64,000 nt of DNA, from contig CALXTO010000001.1 in NCBI GenBank assembly GCA_944391425.1, positions 11,066-75,065 on the forward strand, in the 5' to 3' direction. This stretch comes from an uncultured Alphaproteobacteria bacterium. GTDB lineage: Bacteria; Pseudomonadota; Alphaproteobacteria; RF32; CAG-239. Every line of letters starts with the position of its first letter. Position 1 is the first letter of the stretch. The position numbers and the translations under genes are program-made. A model generated the notes under the pieces. That model saw nothing but the letters and a program-made list of their open reading frames with translations, was not told the DNA's origin and did no database searches. Positions 36,874 through 47,358 of the stretch are shown one piece after another.

Positions 36874-37806
36874 TTTTGCTTTGAATGTGAATGTTTTATT
36901 GAATAGCTCCAATGTATATGTTTTGCTGCCCAGCAATTTAGTGCGGGATAAGCTGATGAAGTTTTTTATTTTGAAATAGTTTTTTGTTTTTTTCATGTGT
37001 TTGAGGATTTTTGCTTTATCACTGCTATGGCTAAGTTCATACATTAGAGTCTGCTTTTGCATTTGTTTCATCTTGTTCTTTTGATGAATAGTGTTGTTGC
37101 CGTGGATGCGATATGCAAACAGTATTTTGTCTAGATACTTGAATTTGCCGATTTTTGATAATTGCAGCATCATATAAAGGTCTTCCAACGGTGCTTCCGT
37201 TCTAAACACGAAGCGGTCAAGCGCCGTTTTGCGGATGCAGTAGCCGTTGGGAATGTAATTTCCCTTTAACAGAGAATAATAATCGCCAAAGTTTTTTCCG
37301 TTGAAATCAACGTCACGGCGGTGTTTTTTCCAGTATGAAGACACCGTTTTGTGTTCCGCTCCGTGATAAGGATGCAAATGCTGTCTGGCATCCCAGCCGG
37401 CAATTTTAGAAGCGGCGTCAATAATTTGATTGTCGCCGACAACTAAAACGTAATCTGGATTTTGTTCCAGAAAACCAACTTCTTCGGAGATGGCTTCCGG
37501 TTTGGCGATATCATCCGAAGCAATCATATAAATATATTTTCCCTCGGATTTTGCCAAAAGACGATTGATTGTCGTGCATAGCCCGGCGTTGGGCTGAGTT
37601 TCAAAGCTGAACTTTTGAAAACGTCGACAGCATAGCGGTTCCAGTTCTCTTATTTTTTGTGCAGTGCAATCGGAAGAGCCGTCATCTATAATGATCAGTT
37701 CTATATTATCATAAGTTTGATTTATAATAGAAAGTATCGTTTCGGCAACATATTTTTCGTGGTTATATGCTGCAATGATAACGGACACCAAACTATTTGT
37801 AGGCAT
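36871..37806 (-). CDS. family 2 glycosyltransferase
   Basis: 311 aa. [40 protein letters not shown] is a classic GT2 N-terminus with a DDG motif. Confidence 0.88.
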   Translation of the reverse strand: MPTNSLVSVIIAAYNHEKYVAETILSIINQTYDNIELIIIDDGSSDCTAQKIRELEPLCCRRFQKFSFETQPNAGLCTTINRLLAKSEGKYIYMIASDDIAKPEAISEEVGFLEQNPDYVLVVGDNQIIDAASKIAGWDARQHLHPYHGAEHKTVSSYWKKHRRDVDFNGKNFGDYYSLLKGNYIPNGYCIRKTALDRFVFRTEAPLEDLYMMLQLSKIGKFKYLDKILFAYRIHGNNTIHQKNKMKQMQKQTLMYELSHSSDKAKILKHMKKTKNYFKIKNFISLSRTKLLGSKTYTLELFNKTFTFKAK

Positions 37807-38881
37807 TTACAATGTCCACCAGCTGTTGTATTTCCGTATCGGTCATAACCGGGCTTATCGGCAGTGATATAATTTCACTGTGAATTTTTTCGCTGATTGG
37901 GTAGCTGCGGGTGTTCCATTCAGTATAAGCAGGTTGTTTATGCGGCGGAGTTGGATAATGAATAAGCGTTTGTACGCCGTTATCCGTAAGATATTTTTGA
38001 AAGCGTTCCCTTTCCGGCGTCCTGACGGCAAATACATGCCAAACATGTGCTTTTTCATCATAAGTCTGCGGCAGGGTTATCAGCGGGTTTTTGATATTTT
38101 GACGATAATATTCGGAAATTTGCCGGCGTTTTTGATTGTCGGCATCCAGATATTTTAATTTAACATCCAAAACTGCAGCCTGAATTTCATCCAGGCGAGA
38201 ATTTACACCTTTATAGAGGTTATGGTATTTTACATCTGAACCATAATTTGCCAGAGCTTTGATTTTGTTGTACAATTCTTCATCATTGGTTGTTACGGCA
38301 CCGCCATCGCCCAAACAACCGAGGTTTTTGCCCGGATAGAAAGAAAATCCCGCGGCATCGCTTAAATTTCCGGTCCGGCGTCCCCGGTATTCCGCGCCGT
38401 GTCCCTGTGCGGCATCTTCAATAACTTTTAATTTATATTTTTGAGCCAGTTGCCAGATTTTTTCCATCTGTACGGCTTGTCCGTAAAGGTGGACAACCAT
38501 AATAGCTTTGGTTCGGGGTGTAATTTTCTCTTCAATCAAGTCGGGATTAATGTTGTAAGTATTGATGTCCGGTTCGACAAGCACCGGAGTGGCGCCGTTT
38601 TGAGAAATGGCCAGGATGCTGGCAATGTAAGTGTTGGAAGGAACAATGATTTCGTCCCCTGCCCCAAATCCGTAAGCGCGGATAATCAGCGTAAGCGCAT
38701 CAAGGCCGTTGGCAACGCCCCATGCATGTTTTACACCGCAGTAATCGGCAAAATTTTGCGCAAATTTTTTGTTTTCATCTCCCTGCAGATACCATCCCTT
38801 ATCAAGGATTGTTTTGATCCGAGTGTCTATTTCTACACGAAAACGGTTGTTTATTTTTTCCAAATCTAAAAATTTAATCAT
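37793..38881 (-). CDS. DegT/DnrJ/EryC1/StrS-family sugar aminotransferase
   Basis: 362 aa. PLP-dependent sugar aminotransferase layout with the [10 protein letters not shown] lysine motif. Confidence 0.88.
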   Translation of the reverse strand: MIKFLDLEKINNRFRVEIDTRIKTILDKGWYLQGDENKKFAQNFADYCGVKHAWGVANGLDALTLIIRAYGFGAGDEIIVPSNTYIASILAISQNGATPVLVEPDINTYNINPDLIEEKITPRTKAIMVVHLYGQAVQMEKIWQLAQKYKLKVIEDAAQGHGAEYRGRRTGNLSDAAGFSFYPGKNLGCLGDGGAVTTNDEELYNKIKALANYGSDVKYHNLYKGVNSRLDEIQAAVLDVKLKYLDADNQKRRQISEYYRQNIKNPLITLPQTYDEKAHVWHVFAVRTPERERFQKYLTDNGVQTLIHYPTPPHKQPAYTEWNTRSYPISEKIHSEIISLPISPVMTDTEIQQLVDIVNAYK

Positions 38882-38913
38882 TTTATACTGCCTTTCATAT
38901 CTAAAATTTCTAT

Positions 38914-40311
38914 CTATTTTTCATTAAATAGGGTGTCTAAAATTTCTTTTTCTTTACTTAAAGAATGATCCATCCGATTAAGTGTGTACAATGCGCCGGA
39001 GAAATGAAACCATGTTTTATTATTTTGAGGGTCTATTTTATCCTGTGTAAACGAAAAGCCGTAACAATCTGATTTTTGAAAATCCGCTTTTATTTTCCTA
39101 GTCCAATAAACCATGGAAAATCCACTGGTAGGAATGTGTATTTTTTCCAACATTTCCTTTCTCAGCAAATAAGGATAGCTGAGTATTTTTCCTCCGTTTT
39201 GAAGAAAATTGTATAAATCATCCCATAATGTCGGGTTATGTGGAATGGTGGTTGCCCAATCGTAAATATCGGTTGCGATGACAATCGCTTTTAAATTATC
39301 TTTATTATGCAGGGGTATTGGGAAAAATATCCAGTCAACCCAGATATCTGTTTTTGTTCCTAAATCTTCTGCATATTTTCCGGTGTTATCATAATCGTTG
39401 AAACGGATGACAATATCATGTCCGTCAATTTCTTTTCCTGTCTTTTTTCCGTTTTGTTGCGGACCATTGCCGATGATAGCCACAGTCTTATTTTGGATCA
39501 GTTTTTCATAGGTGTTGGCATTTTCATTTATTTTCAATGCGTTGTATATTGCATTTGCTTTAAAAAATATATCATCTTTATATCCTAAGTCATATGCAAA
39601 AGATGATAACAACAAATGCTTTTTTATATTTTCCATGCCAAAGTTTTTTTCGTAATAGTGAAAAATCTTTTCAGCTAAAGAATATTGTTCTTTATATAGG
39701 CAGAGGTTAAAATATCTGCCCCAAAACCAAATTCCATAATTGTTAAAAATATCATTATCAATTTCCTCTTTGACGACTTTCAGCCAATCATTTTCAAAAT
39801 CATGTGCCGCCAATAAAGCGTTCAATAATTTTATTTTGCTCGCGAAAGTATCAATATCTTTATTGATAAAATCAGCGTAAATTTGAGCATATTGAGATGA
39901 AGTTATTCCTCCGGTTACTTTATACAACTCATCTATTATATGAGATAATTCAGTTGAAAAAATTTCTTTTAAATGACCACACTGAGGTGTTTGAAAAAAA
40001 GAACGTTCCAGCGCATTACCAAAGAGAGAATTTGTTCTTAGAAAGTCATGCTCAGGAAGCATCTGTTTTATAATATCAGGAAAAAGTTCTTTCAGAATAA
40101 GGATGTTTTTTATATCTGCAATTTGAGAGTTGACAGTGTTGGCAAAGTTATCCAGTTTGTTATTTAAAATATGATTACTCTCTTGGATATCCACTTTGGC
40201 AGATTCCGTGGATAACCCTTTGGCAACTATTTGTTTTTGCAAATGTTTCCAAATTTTGTATTTATAATATGTCAAAAATGATACTTTTTTACCTCGTATT
40301 TTTTTAGTCAT
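38914..40311 (-). CDS. two-domain protein: N-terminal helical region plus C-terminal GT29-like (eukaryote-type) sialyltransferase domain
   Basis: aa 277-325 [46 protein letters not shown] aligns with sialyl motif L (human ST6Gal1 ...[30 protein letters not shown], from memory). aa 393-419 PTSGFSM...CYGF resembles motif S. aa 449-454 HSLSKE fits motif VS (H-x4-E). Confidence 0.65.
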   Translation of the reverse strand: MTKKIRGKKVSFLTYYKYKIWKHLQKQIVAKGLSTESAKVDIQESNHILNNKLDNFANTVNSQIADIKNILILKELFPDIIKQMLPEHDFLRTNSLFGNALERSFFQTPQCGHLKEIFSTELSHIIDELYKVTGGITSSQYAQIYADFINKDIDTFASKIKLLNALLAAHDFENDWLKVVKEEIDNDIFNNYGIWFWGRYFNLCLYKEQYSLAEKIFHYYEKNFGMENIKKHLLLSSFAYDLGYKDDIFFKANAIYNALKINENANTYEKLIQNKTVAIIGNGPQQNGKKTGKEIDGHDIVIRFNDYDNTGKYAEDLGTKTDIWVDWIFFPIPLHNKDNLKAIVIATDIYDWATTIPHNPTLWDDLYNFLQNGGKILSYPYLLRKEMLEKIHIPTSGFSMVYWTRKIKADFQKSDCYGFSFTQDKIDPQNNKTWFHFSGALYTLNRMDHSLSKEKEILDTLFNEK

Positions 40312-40328
40312 TTATAAATTCCTTGCAT

Positions 40329-41414
40329 TTATTTTTTAGATTGCTTGTTCTTTTGGAGCTTTCCCTTTAAATAATTGGTAATTGGTCGCTCAATACATAT
40401 GGCTGCACCCCCCCCCACAACAATACAAAAAGTTGTAAAAAGAAGTAACAGATGGACATCGTTTTTTATCAGATTTGTTTCTAAGATATATTTGCGTAAA
40501 ACAGCAATACAGGGAAAATGCATAACGTAAATTGCATAGGAAAAGCTGCCTAAAACACCAAAAATTTTATGGTTAAACAACTGGGAAAAGAATCCTTTAT
40601 TTTGAAGAAATAAAAATAAAAGAATGATGAATAGCAGCTGATAATATATTTCTTCTGAAAATTTGGGGTTATGCCAAGCAACTGATTTAATAAAATATAA
40701 AAAGATAAAAATTTCGGTGACAGATATAAGTATTTTTTTCCCCAGCCATGTTTTTTCATTATCTAAAGAAAAGGAGCTATAAATAATAGCACACAGTATT
40801 CCCAAGCTCATACCGCCAAGTGCCTCAATCATTCCTACTGTAAGTCGCAGGGATGGAAGAGCTATTGCGCCATATCCTTTTCCATTGGGAGAGTAAGTCA
40901 AAATGATAAAGCAAAAAAATGAAAAAAAGGCACAGATGTTTATTATTTTTTGTCTGCTATTTTGTTTAATTAAACAATAGAAAAAAATACTTGTAAAAAA
41001 CAAAACACAAATAAACCATGTTGCCGGATTATTGGAACCGCCTTTTACAATTCCCGTTCCAGCGCTGATAAAGAAGATGTTGAGGGTGTCTAAATATTTA
41101 TTGTAAGTTCCCAGAAAAATGAAAGGTACAAAAGAGATTGCCATGAGCGGCCACAATCGAATAACTTTTTGCAAAATAAAGTCGGAAAGCTTTTCTGGCT
41201 TAGAGATATTGGTTATATATAAAAAAAAGCCACTTAAAATAAAGAAAGCGTAAACGATATTCGGACCAATAAGTCCACCTTTTACAGCTAAATTTTGTAG
41301 AAAAGAAGTGTTATGAAAATTATTTAAAACTCCAACTACATGATAATACATAATCATTATTGCAAACATAAATCTTAAAAAATCTATGTTATATAATCTT
41401 TTTGTTGGGGACAT
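40329..41414 (-). CDS. acyltransferase family 3 (membrane O-acyltransferase)
   Basis: 361 aa, about 10 TM. The N-terminal IDFLRFMFAIMIMYYH motif is typical of Acyl_transf_3. Confidence 0.85.
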   Translation of the reverse strand: MSPTKRLYNIDFLRFMFAIMIMYYHVVGVLNNFHNTSFLQNLAVKGGLIGPNIVYAFFILSGFFLYITNISKPEKLSDFILQKVIRLWPLMAISFVPFIFLGTYNKYLDTLNIFFISAGTGIVKGGSNNPATWFICVLFFTSIFFYCLIKQNSRQKIINICAFFSFFCFIILTYSPNGKGYGAIALPSLRLTVGMIEALGGMSLGILCAIIYSSFSLDNEKTWLGKKILISVTEIFIFLYFIKSVAWHNPKFSEEIYYQLLFIILLFLFLQNKGFFSQLFNHKIFGVLGSFSYAIYVMHFPCIAVLRKYILETNLIKNDVHLLLLFTTFCIVVGGGAAICIERPITNYLKGKLQKNKQSKK

Positions 41415-41439
41415 AGCGTAAACTCCTTTATAATAATTT

Positions 41440-42801
41440 TTATTTTTTTTCTTTTTGAGTTGCCCGTATTGTCAATAAGGAAAAAAACTTATACGTTTTT
41501 TTATTTTTATATGTTTTGATTTTTAAAAACGGTAAAAAAGAAAATAGATAAAACCTCTTTGCTTTTCTTTTTTTCTTTATCTTTAACAGAGGCAGACCGC
41601 AAAATTTATATTTATAAACCAAGTTTAGTGAAGATGTTGAATTTAAGATATCACAATTTTCAAGTGAATTTTTTATTTTTTGTATTTGAAGAAAATTATA
41701 AACACTTGAATATTGTAAGCTGCTCTTGGACATCTGTTTTTTAAAACAGGAAGCGACATATGCTGGGGAGTGTTTTTTCTTTATGTAGGAAAAACACGCG
41801 GAGCCATATTTTTCTTTGTATCCTTTATTATAAATATTGTTAATTATTGTTTTGAAATTCATTGTTTTTAATTTTAATTCTTTTTGCTGATTGGGATAAA
41901 AACCCAGTACCATATCTGTTGTTTCGGATAACAATGTAAAGGTATCCGAATCAAAGCTTTTCATTTCAGAAGGAATTATAAAAGATGGTAATTTTAATGC
42001 GGCTCCTTCCAATACGGATGTTCCCATGGCAAACAGTGCATCGACTTGTGAAGACAGATAAGTGTTTAATTTATCGTCAGTTAAAATGCCGCACAATTTT
42101 ACGGATATATTTGATGCTGCGTTTTTATTTATTTGGTTAATTGAAATTCCGTCTCCAATTATATGTATGTTAATTTTCTTTTGAGGCCTATATTTGGCAG
42201 CTTGAGCAATGACGTTATTAATGGCATGCACTTTATCCGGGACAACTCTGCCTAAAATAGCTATGTTAATTTCGTTATTATTAATTATTTGAGTTGTTGC
42301 GGTTACTGTCTTTGGAGGTACAATCAACGAAACATAGTCATATCCAAAAGGGAGGCCCGTAATTGTGTTGTTCGTTAAACGATGAGAACCATCCACAAAA
42401 ACCTGAGCGTTATGGGCAAAGACTTCAGACATAAAGTACTTTAGTTCTACCTGAGAAAAATGCATTACTCTTTTTAATACAGGAAGGCATTCATTGTGCC
42501 AATTGTGAAATAAAATCTGTGAATTCGGATTTAACAAAGGAAGTTTATGTACTTCATATATTGGCATAAATATAAGGCATTCTTCCGTGAGAAGAAACTC
42601 GGAACAGTTGTCTTTATATTCTATAAATCTAACTTTTTGAGATTCCTTTATATCGGGAATAGTTCTTGAAAAACCGTCTTTATAATCGACGTAATAAACA
42701 TTATACTGTTTATCTTTAGCTAATTCATTTGCTAAACGAACCAACCAATACGGACCGCCTCCAATTTTTTTATCAGGGTAAAAAATACAAATATTTTTCA
42801 T
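41440..42801 (-). CDS. putative GT-B fold glycosyltransferase with a basic repeat C-terminal tail
   Basis: Start set at the ATG at 42801, preceded by AAGGTGGA (MKNICIFYPDKKIGGGP). ILGRVVPDKV...HIIGDG...GTSVLEGAALKLPSFII resembles GT4-type motifs. The tail has LPLLKIKKK / LPFLKIKTYKNKK repeats. Confidence 0.55.
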   Translation of the reverse strand: MKNICIFYPDKKIGGGPYWLVRLANELAKDKQYNVYYVDYKDGFSRTIPDIKESQKVRFIEYKDNCSEFLLTEECLIFMPIYEVHKLPLLNPNSQILFHNWHNECLPVLKRVMHFSQVELKYFMSEVFAHNAQVFVDGSHRLTNNTITGLPFGYDYVSLIVPPKTVTATTQIINNNEINIAILGRVVPDKVHAINNVIAQAAKYRPQKKINIHIIGDGISINQINKNAASNISVKLCGILTDDKLNTYLSSQVDALFAMGTSVLEGAALKLPSFIIPSEMKSFDSDTFTLLSETTDMVLGFYPNQQKELKLKTMNFKTIINNIYNKGYKEKYGSACFSYIKKKHSPAYVASCFKKQMSKSSLQYSSVYNFLQIQKIKNSLENCDILNSTSSLNLVYKYKFCGLPLLKIKKKRKAKRFYLFSFLPFLKIKTYKNKKTYKFFSLLTIRATQKEKK

Positions 42802-42814
42802 TTGTTCCACCTTT

Positions 42815-43987
42815 TTAGCTAAGTGCGATTTTTCTTGATAATTCTCGAATAAGATCATGTCCGTCCCAATAAGGGCCGATATCCATTGCTTTTCCTATAG
42901 GAACAATCCGATCTATGCCGCGGACATTATTATTGATAATAGCCTGCCGAAAATCTTTTTCAGAAAGACCATAATGAGTCACTGTCTGGAACTTCTCGGT
43001 GGTAACCGAAAATAACTCCTCCCAGGAACGAAGCGAGTGTTCATAAAAATAGCCGCCATTTCCTCGGTTTTTAATTATTTCCGGAGTTAATTTGTTTATT
43101 TCAATACGATATGCCAGGTTTTTAAACCTGTTTAGTTTTTGAAAGTTTGATAAATCGACAGCATCTATGCAGGCATGTGTGTATTTATCTACAACGACGG
43201 CATCCTGCAAATTATATTTGACAGATGCTTCTTTAATAACGGCATTCCAAAAGATTTCTCTTGCTCGCAATGAATCATTTTGCCATAAAATAATCTGCGG
43301 GGAAGAACAAGCATTTTGATCCATCAAGTAAGTATCATTATAAAAGTTTTCGGCTAACCTTTTGATGTTATCGGGGGTTGTTTCCAGAATTTTCTGTCCG
43401 TCAATTATACATACCGAATATCTGTCTGCAAAACTTATGTCTACGCATCGCGGCTGACAAGGCATGCTTTTTACCATTGCAATAGTTTTGTCGCCGCCCC
43501 AAATCATTCGCGCATCAGCCAAAGAACATAATTGTGCTGTAATATCGTTGTCACGAGGATATTTAATGAAAGCTGTTCGCTTTTCTATTTCTGGGTACCG
43601 AGGTAAAATTTCTTTTAACAGATTAGAGATGATGTCAATTTGCGGAAATTCTTTACTGGGTAACCGAACAATATTTGCATTTCCTGCCAACAGAGAAAAA
43701 AAGTAAGAAAAAGCAAAATTTATAGGGATATTTGATGGGGTGATATGGAAACATAATCCCCGCCCCATGCGGTCTTCTGTGTTTCCGAAGTCTGATTTTA
43801 ATTTTGTGATATTGGCTTTTCTAGCCCAAAAAGCCAGTGCAGATAAATCAGGATATGTTCTGACTATCGGAGATTTTAACAAATTCGCCGATATTTCTGA
43901 TAAAAATTCGCAGACATTCGTATCGTACGTTTGAAAGGCAGTTCTATTCAGTTCTGAATTACCAATTAAATATTTAACGTCGCTCAT
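42815..43987 (-). CDS. LuxC-like acyl-CoA/acyl-ACP reductase
   Basis: CFHITPSNIPINFAFS and the overall aldehyde-dehydrogenase-like LuxC family layout. The ATG at 43987 overlaps the LuxE-like stop (ATGAGCGACGTTAA), implying translational coupling. Confidence 0.7.
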   Translation of the reverse strand: MSDVKYLIGNSELNRTAFQTYDTNVCEFLSEISANLLKSPIVRTYPDLSALAFWARKANITKLKSDFGNTEDRMGRGLCFHITPSNIPINFAFSYFFSLLAGNANIVRLPSKEFPQIDIISNLLKEILPRYPEIEKRTAFIKYPRDNDITAQLCSLADARMIWGGDKTIAMVKSMPCQPRCVDISFADRYSVCIIDGQKILETTPDNIKRLAENFYNDTYLMDQNACSSPQIILWQNDSLRAREIFWNAVIKEASVKYNLQDAVVVDKYTHACIDAVDLSNFQKLNRFKNLAYRIEINKLTPEIIKNRGNGGYFYEHSLRSWEELFSVTTEKFQTVTHYGLSEKDFRQAIINNNVRGIDRIVPIGKAMDIGPYWDGHDLIRELSRKIALS

Positions 43988-45050
43988 AAGTATCACTACA
44001 CCCCCGTATTTCTGCATTTTTAATTCGCCCGTGTATTTTGAAATATTTCCCTTTTCTTCCGCAAGGACAATCATCAATCCCTAAGATTTCCCCTTCATCT
44101 TCTGTCAGAATGATATGTCCCGGATATGATGACGGTAGGACAGATAACAATTCAATTAGCCCTTTTTGTCCTATTGGGGCTTCTGAAAAATCATATGGAC
44201 ACCGAATGATAACATCTGAATAATTTGAACAATGCATATGGCCATGTTCACATTCAACAAAAACAGAGCCTAATTGTTCAGCCATTCCATAATAATTGTA
44301 AACTTTTACGTTTCCTAAACACTCTTGGACGTTACGATTATATGTTGCCGTATCAACAGCTTGGTCTTTAAGCTTCTTCCAGCCGCCGATATGAAATAAA
44401 ATTCCGTTTTTCAGGTTGAATTTTTTTCCTCTTTTTTTCAATTCCTGTATAACAAACTGCCAAATCATATAAGTATACCCGAACATGAGGATTGTTTCAT
44501 TTTGGTGTTTTTCCAAAAATTCTTCTATTTTTGAAATATTTATTTGCATATCAGCATCCAATGCATAGGTAATATCTTTACCAAAAATTGAAAAGCCTAT
44601 GATGCCGGCGCCGCGAGCTGAATACATTGAACGGTCTTTTTTTATCATTTCTGTATCAAGAAGCAAAAGAGGAAGTCTTTGTTTTCCAATAAAAGAAGAT
44701 ATTATTTCATTAAGCGTTTTTGTTTGATTATGCACGTTTTCGGCATCTAATAGAATTTTAGAAACGGCCTGCCCTGATGTTCCCGATGATGTTAACGTCT
44801 TAACGATTTTTTCTTGCGGAACACTTTTCAAAGTATATGTTTTAAATAGCCTGACAGGAATAAACGGTAATTCACTTACGTCTATCGAATGTGTGATGTC
44901 ATAATTCAGAGCATCAAGTATTTTTTTGTATTCTATACAATTCTTGTAGTGAAAATGCGTTAACCTGCTCAAAATTTCTTTTAAAATTTCATTTTTTTGT
45001 TGCTGATTTAAGCTATATGGTGGTATTGCAAACAGTTCTTCTAGTGTCAT
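43974..45050 (-). CDS. LuxE-like acyl-protein synthetase / adenylate-forming enzyme
   Basis: 358 aa. LTSSGTSGQ P-loop-like motif and the length and arrangement of the LuxE family. Confidence 0.7.
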   Translation of the reverse strand: MTLEELFAIPPYSLNQQQKNEILKEILSRLTHFHYKNCIEYKKILDALNYDITHSIDVSELPFIPVRLFKTYTLKSVPQEKIVKTLTSSGTSGQAVSKILLDAENVHNQTKTLNEIISSFIGKQRLPLLLLDTEMIKKDRSMYSARGAGIIGFSIFGKDITYALDADMQINISKIEEFLEKHQNETILMFGYTYMIWQFVIQELKKRGKKFNLKNGILFHIGGWKKLKDQAVDTATYNRNVQECLGNVKVYNYYGMAEQLGSVFVECEHGHMHCSNYSDVIIRCPYDFSEAPIGQKGLIELLSVLPSSYPGHIILTEDEGEILGIDDCPCGRKGKYFKIHGRIKNAEIRGCSDTYERR

Positions 45051-45718
45051 TTATGGATTACCTCTTTTAAAAAGATATCTTGCGGCGAGCTAAAATTTGC
45101 ACCTAAGAAGGCATATAAATTCATTACCGGTGTGTTCATTGAACTTATACGCCCCTCAATTTTCTTATATCCCTGATTTCTTGCCCAAAGGCATGCTTTT
45201 GCGTACAATCCGAGAGCTGCTCCGGTTGTACGATATTTTTCTTCCACGGCTGCTAAATTTATAAATGTGCTATCGGGAGAAGTTTCCTGTAATGCTAAGA
45301 AACCTATGATCTGATTCTTAAAACGACAGATTAACACTTCAGATAAATTATTAATCCATTCTCTTAAAACTAAAGCTGCTGTGTTGGAGTTGCAGTTCGG
45401 AGTTATGTGAAAGCGCCTATCATATTTAAAGTTGCGAATGGCAATTTCCAAAATCTCAGATTTGTATTCTGTACTAAATTCTATCGGAAGCCGTATCATC
45501 TTTTCTAAATCGGCTGAAATTCTGGATAAAAAGATCTCTGTTTTGATTGTCCTGTCAACCCAAACAAAACCTTGTTCCTGCAAAAGCTTAATTGTTGCCG
45601 GTTCAGAAGAAATTTGGAGCCTTATTACATCAAACATGGATATATCAGAAAGAACTGGTATTTCATTGGCAATATCCAGAAGCACTAAATTTTCATATTT
45701 TTTTATTTGTTGAGTCAT
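45047..45718 (-). CDS. GNAT-fold acyltransferase
   Basis: 223 aa. The C-terminal half has a GNAT core (VEEKYRTTGAALGLY...NTPVMNLYAFLG). 4-nt overlaps with both neighbours. Confidence 0.6.
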   Translation of the reverse strand: MTQQIKKYENLVLLDIANEIPVLSDISMFDVIRLQISSEPATIKLLQEQGFVWVDRTIKTEIFLSRISADLEKMIRLPIEFSTEYKSEILEIAIRNFKYDRRFHITPNCNSNTAALVLREWINNLSEVLICRFKNQIIGFLALQETSPDSTFINLAAVEEKYRTTGAALGLYAKACLWARNQGYKKIEGRISSMNTPVMNLYAFLGANFSSPQDIFLKEVIHK

Positions 45719-47118
45719 GCAGATTTATCCAATTCTTTGTATAGTGTTTTGCCTGCCTCATTTTTGGGAATTTGTTCAATGTATTTAACCGTAAAGGCAA
45801 CAAAATTTAAATTGCTTGTTTCCGCAACAAACTTTTGTACTTCTTTTATTTTTTGATTATCTGTGATATAGATACACATTGCATCATCTATCCCGGCACA
45901 TGCACAATCCAGTGTCTGGAAACGAGTTTTGATCAATCTCTCTGTTTCATCCAGATTAACTCTGTTTCCAAAAATTTTTAAAAATCTTTTTTTCCTGCCT
46001 ACAATATAAAAATATCCGTCCGCATCAAATTTTGCCATATCTCCGGTAACCAGGCGACCGTTAAATTCATCTTCTTTGCATAAATCATTTCCGTCTTCAG
46101 CGTATCCTAAAGCGACATTTTTACCTTGATATACCAATTCTCCTATAGTTTCAGGCTGGGTAATTGTTTTTCCCTCTGCATCAACTAATGAAAAAAGCCC
46201 CCCCGGAATAGCAATTCCCATAGATCCGATTTTTGCCAGAGATTGTTCCGGAGGTAGGTATCCCATTCTGGCTGTCGCTTCCGTTTGTCCATACATTACC
46301 ACAAAGTTTTTGTTGTTTTCTTTAGCATATTGCGCAAATTTCTCATGCAATTCAGGAGACAACTTCCCTCCCGCCTGTGTCAATGTCTGCAAACACGGGA
46401 GTTTACGTCTTTGAAAACGTAATTTGTCAAGCATTTCATAGGTATACGGTACTCCGGAAAGCGAGGTTACCTGATATTTTTCTATCAGTTCCCAAAATTC
46501 TCTTTGTATGATGGTGTAAGGACATAAGACGATACCTGCTCCCTGCATTAGATGACTATTAATAACGGATAGCCCAAATGTGTAGTTCATAGGCAGGGAA
46601 GTTATCGCCCTTTCTGCAGAGGTTATTTTTAAATAATCAATGATTGATTCTGTGTTATTGAGAATATTTTCATAACTTAATCTTACAAATTTGGGACTTC
46701 CCATTGAGCCTGAAGTTGTAAGTAACAGAGCCAGTTTGCCATATATTGGGTAATAATGGGGCCATGTTAATTCTATAAGAGAATATCCCCATTTATTAAA
46801 TATTTCTTTTCCGCTGATGTTCAAAGGAAGTTTTTTATTAGCCCAGAGGTAGCGGGGATGATACAAATTACAAAAATTACTCAGCAATTTGTGATCAATA
46901 TGTTCATCCAGCATTAAGGGAACATTATTATGCTCTATAGCCGATAAATAACCTACCAGAGAACCTAATGTATTGGAGCAAAGATTAAATATAAGGCTGT
47001 GAGGTTCAATATATCTGCTTAATTCCTGGCAGTATTCTGAAAGCTCTTGGTATGTTATTTCCTTACCATCAGGTTCAATGACAGCTATGCTCTGTTTAAA
47101 CTTATTAAAATTCCACAT
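45715..47118 (-). CDS. AMP-dependent synthetase/ligase (adenylation enzyme)
   Basis: LLTTSGSMGSPK (A3 core), YGQTEA (A5), GDMAKFDADGYFYIVGRKK (A7/A8). The ATG at 47118 overlaps the ACP stop. The track start at 47151 is a TTG inside the ACP gene. Confidence 0.85.
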   Translation of the reverse strand: MWNFNKFKQSIAVIEPDGKEITYQELSEYCQELSRYIEPHSLIFNLCSNTLGSLVGYLSAIEHNNVPLMLDEHIDHKLLSNFCNLYHPRYLWANKKLPLNISGKEIFNKWGYSLIELTWPHYYPIYGKLALLLTTSGSMGSPKFVRLSYENILNNTESIIDYLKITSAERAITSLPMNYTFGLSVINSHLMQGAGIVLCPYTIIQREFWELIEKYQVTSLSGVPYTYEMLDKLRFQRRKLPCLQTLTQAGGKLSPELHEKFAQYAKENNKNFVVMYGQTEATARMGYLPPEQSLAKIGSMGIAIPGGLFSLVDAEGKTITQPETIGELVYQGKNVALGYAEDGNDLCKEDEFNGRLVTGDMAKFDADGYFYIVGRKKRFLKIFGNRVNLDETERLIKTRFQTLDCACAGIDDAMCIYITDNQKIKEVQKFVAETSNLNFVAFTVKYIEQIPKNEAGKTLYKELDKSA

Positions 47119-47341
47119 TGTATTTAGCCAGAATTTCTTTTCCTTTTTCAAAAGAATTCAAATCAACGATATCGTCGGGCTCCATCATGATGTCAAAACT
47201 TTCTTCCAAAGCGGCAATTAATCCCATGTGTCCGACAGAATCCCAAGCGTCAATTCCTTGAAATTTTAAATTAATTGCTTGGTTTTCATCTATTTCGAAT
47301 GTATCCATAAATGCTTTTGTATATTTTTCCAAATTAGTCAT
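47105..47341 (-). CDS. acyl carrier protein
   Basis: 78 aa, acidic. GIDAWDSVGHMGLI contains the DS phosphopantetheine attachment motif at the expected position. Confidence 0.85.
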   Translation of the reverse strand: MTNLEKYTKAFMDTFEIDENQAINLKFQGIDAWDSVGHMGLIAALEESFDIMMEPDDIVDLNSFEKGKEILAKYNVEF

Positions 47342-47358
47342 TTTTTTCTCCTTATTGT

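Noticed and set aside
36545-36979. 144-aa plus-strand ORF spanning tRNA-Lys, the flanking element and both terminators
   Set aside because: It reads straight through a tRNA gene and two terminator hairpins. The equivalent frame in the tRNA-Val copy is shifted by indels and is not conserved. It is a spurious ORF.
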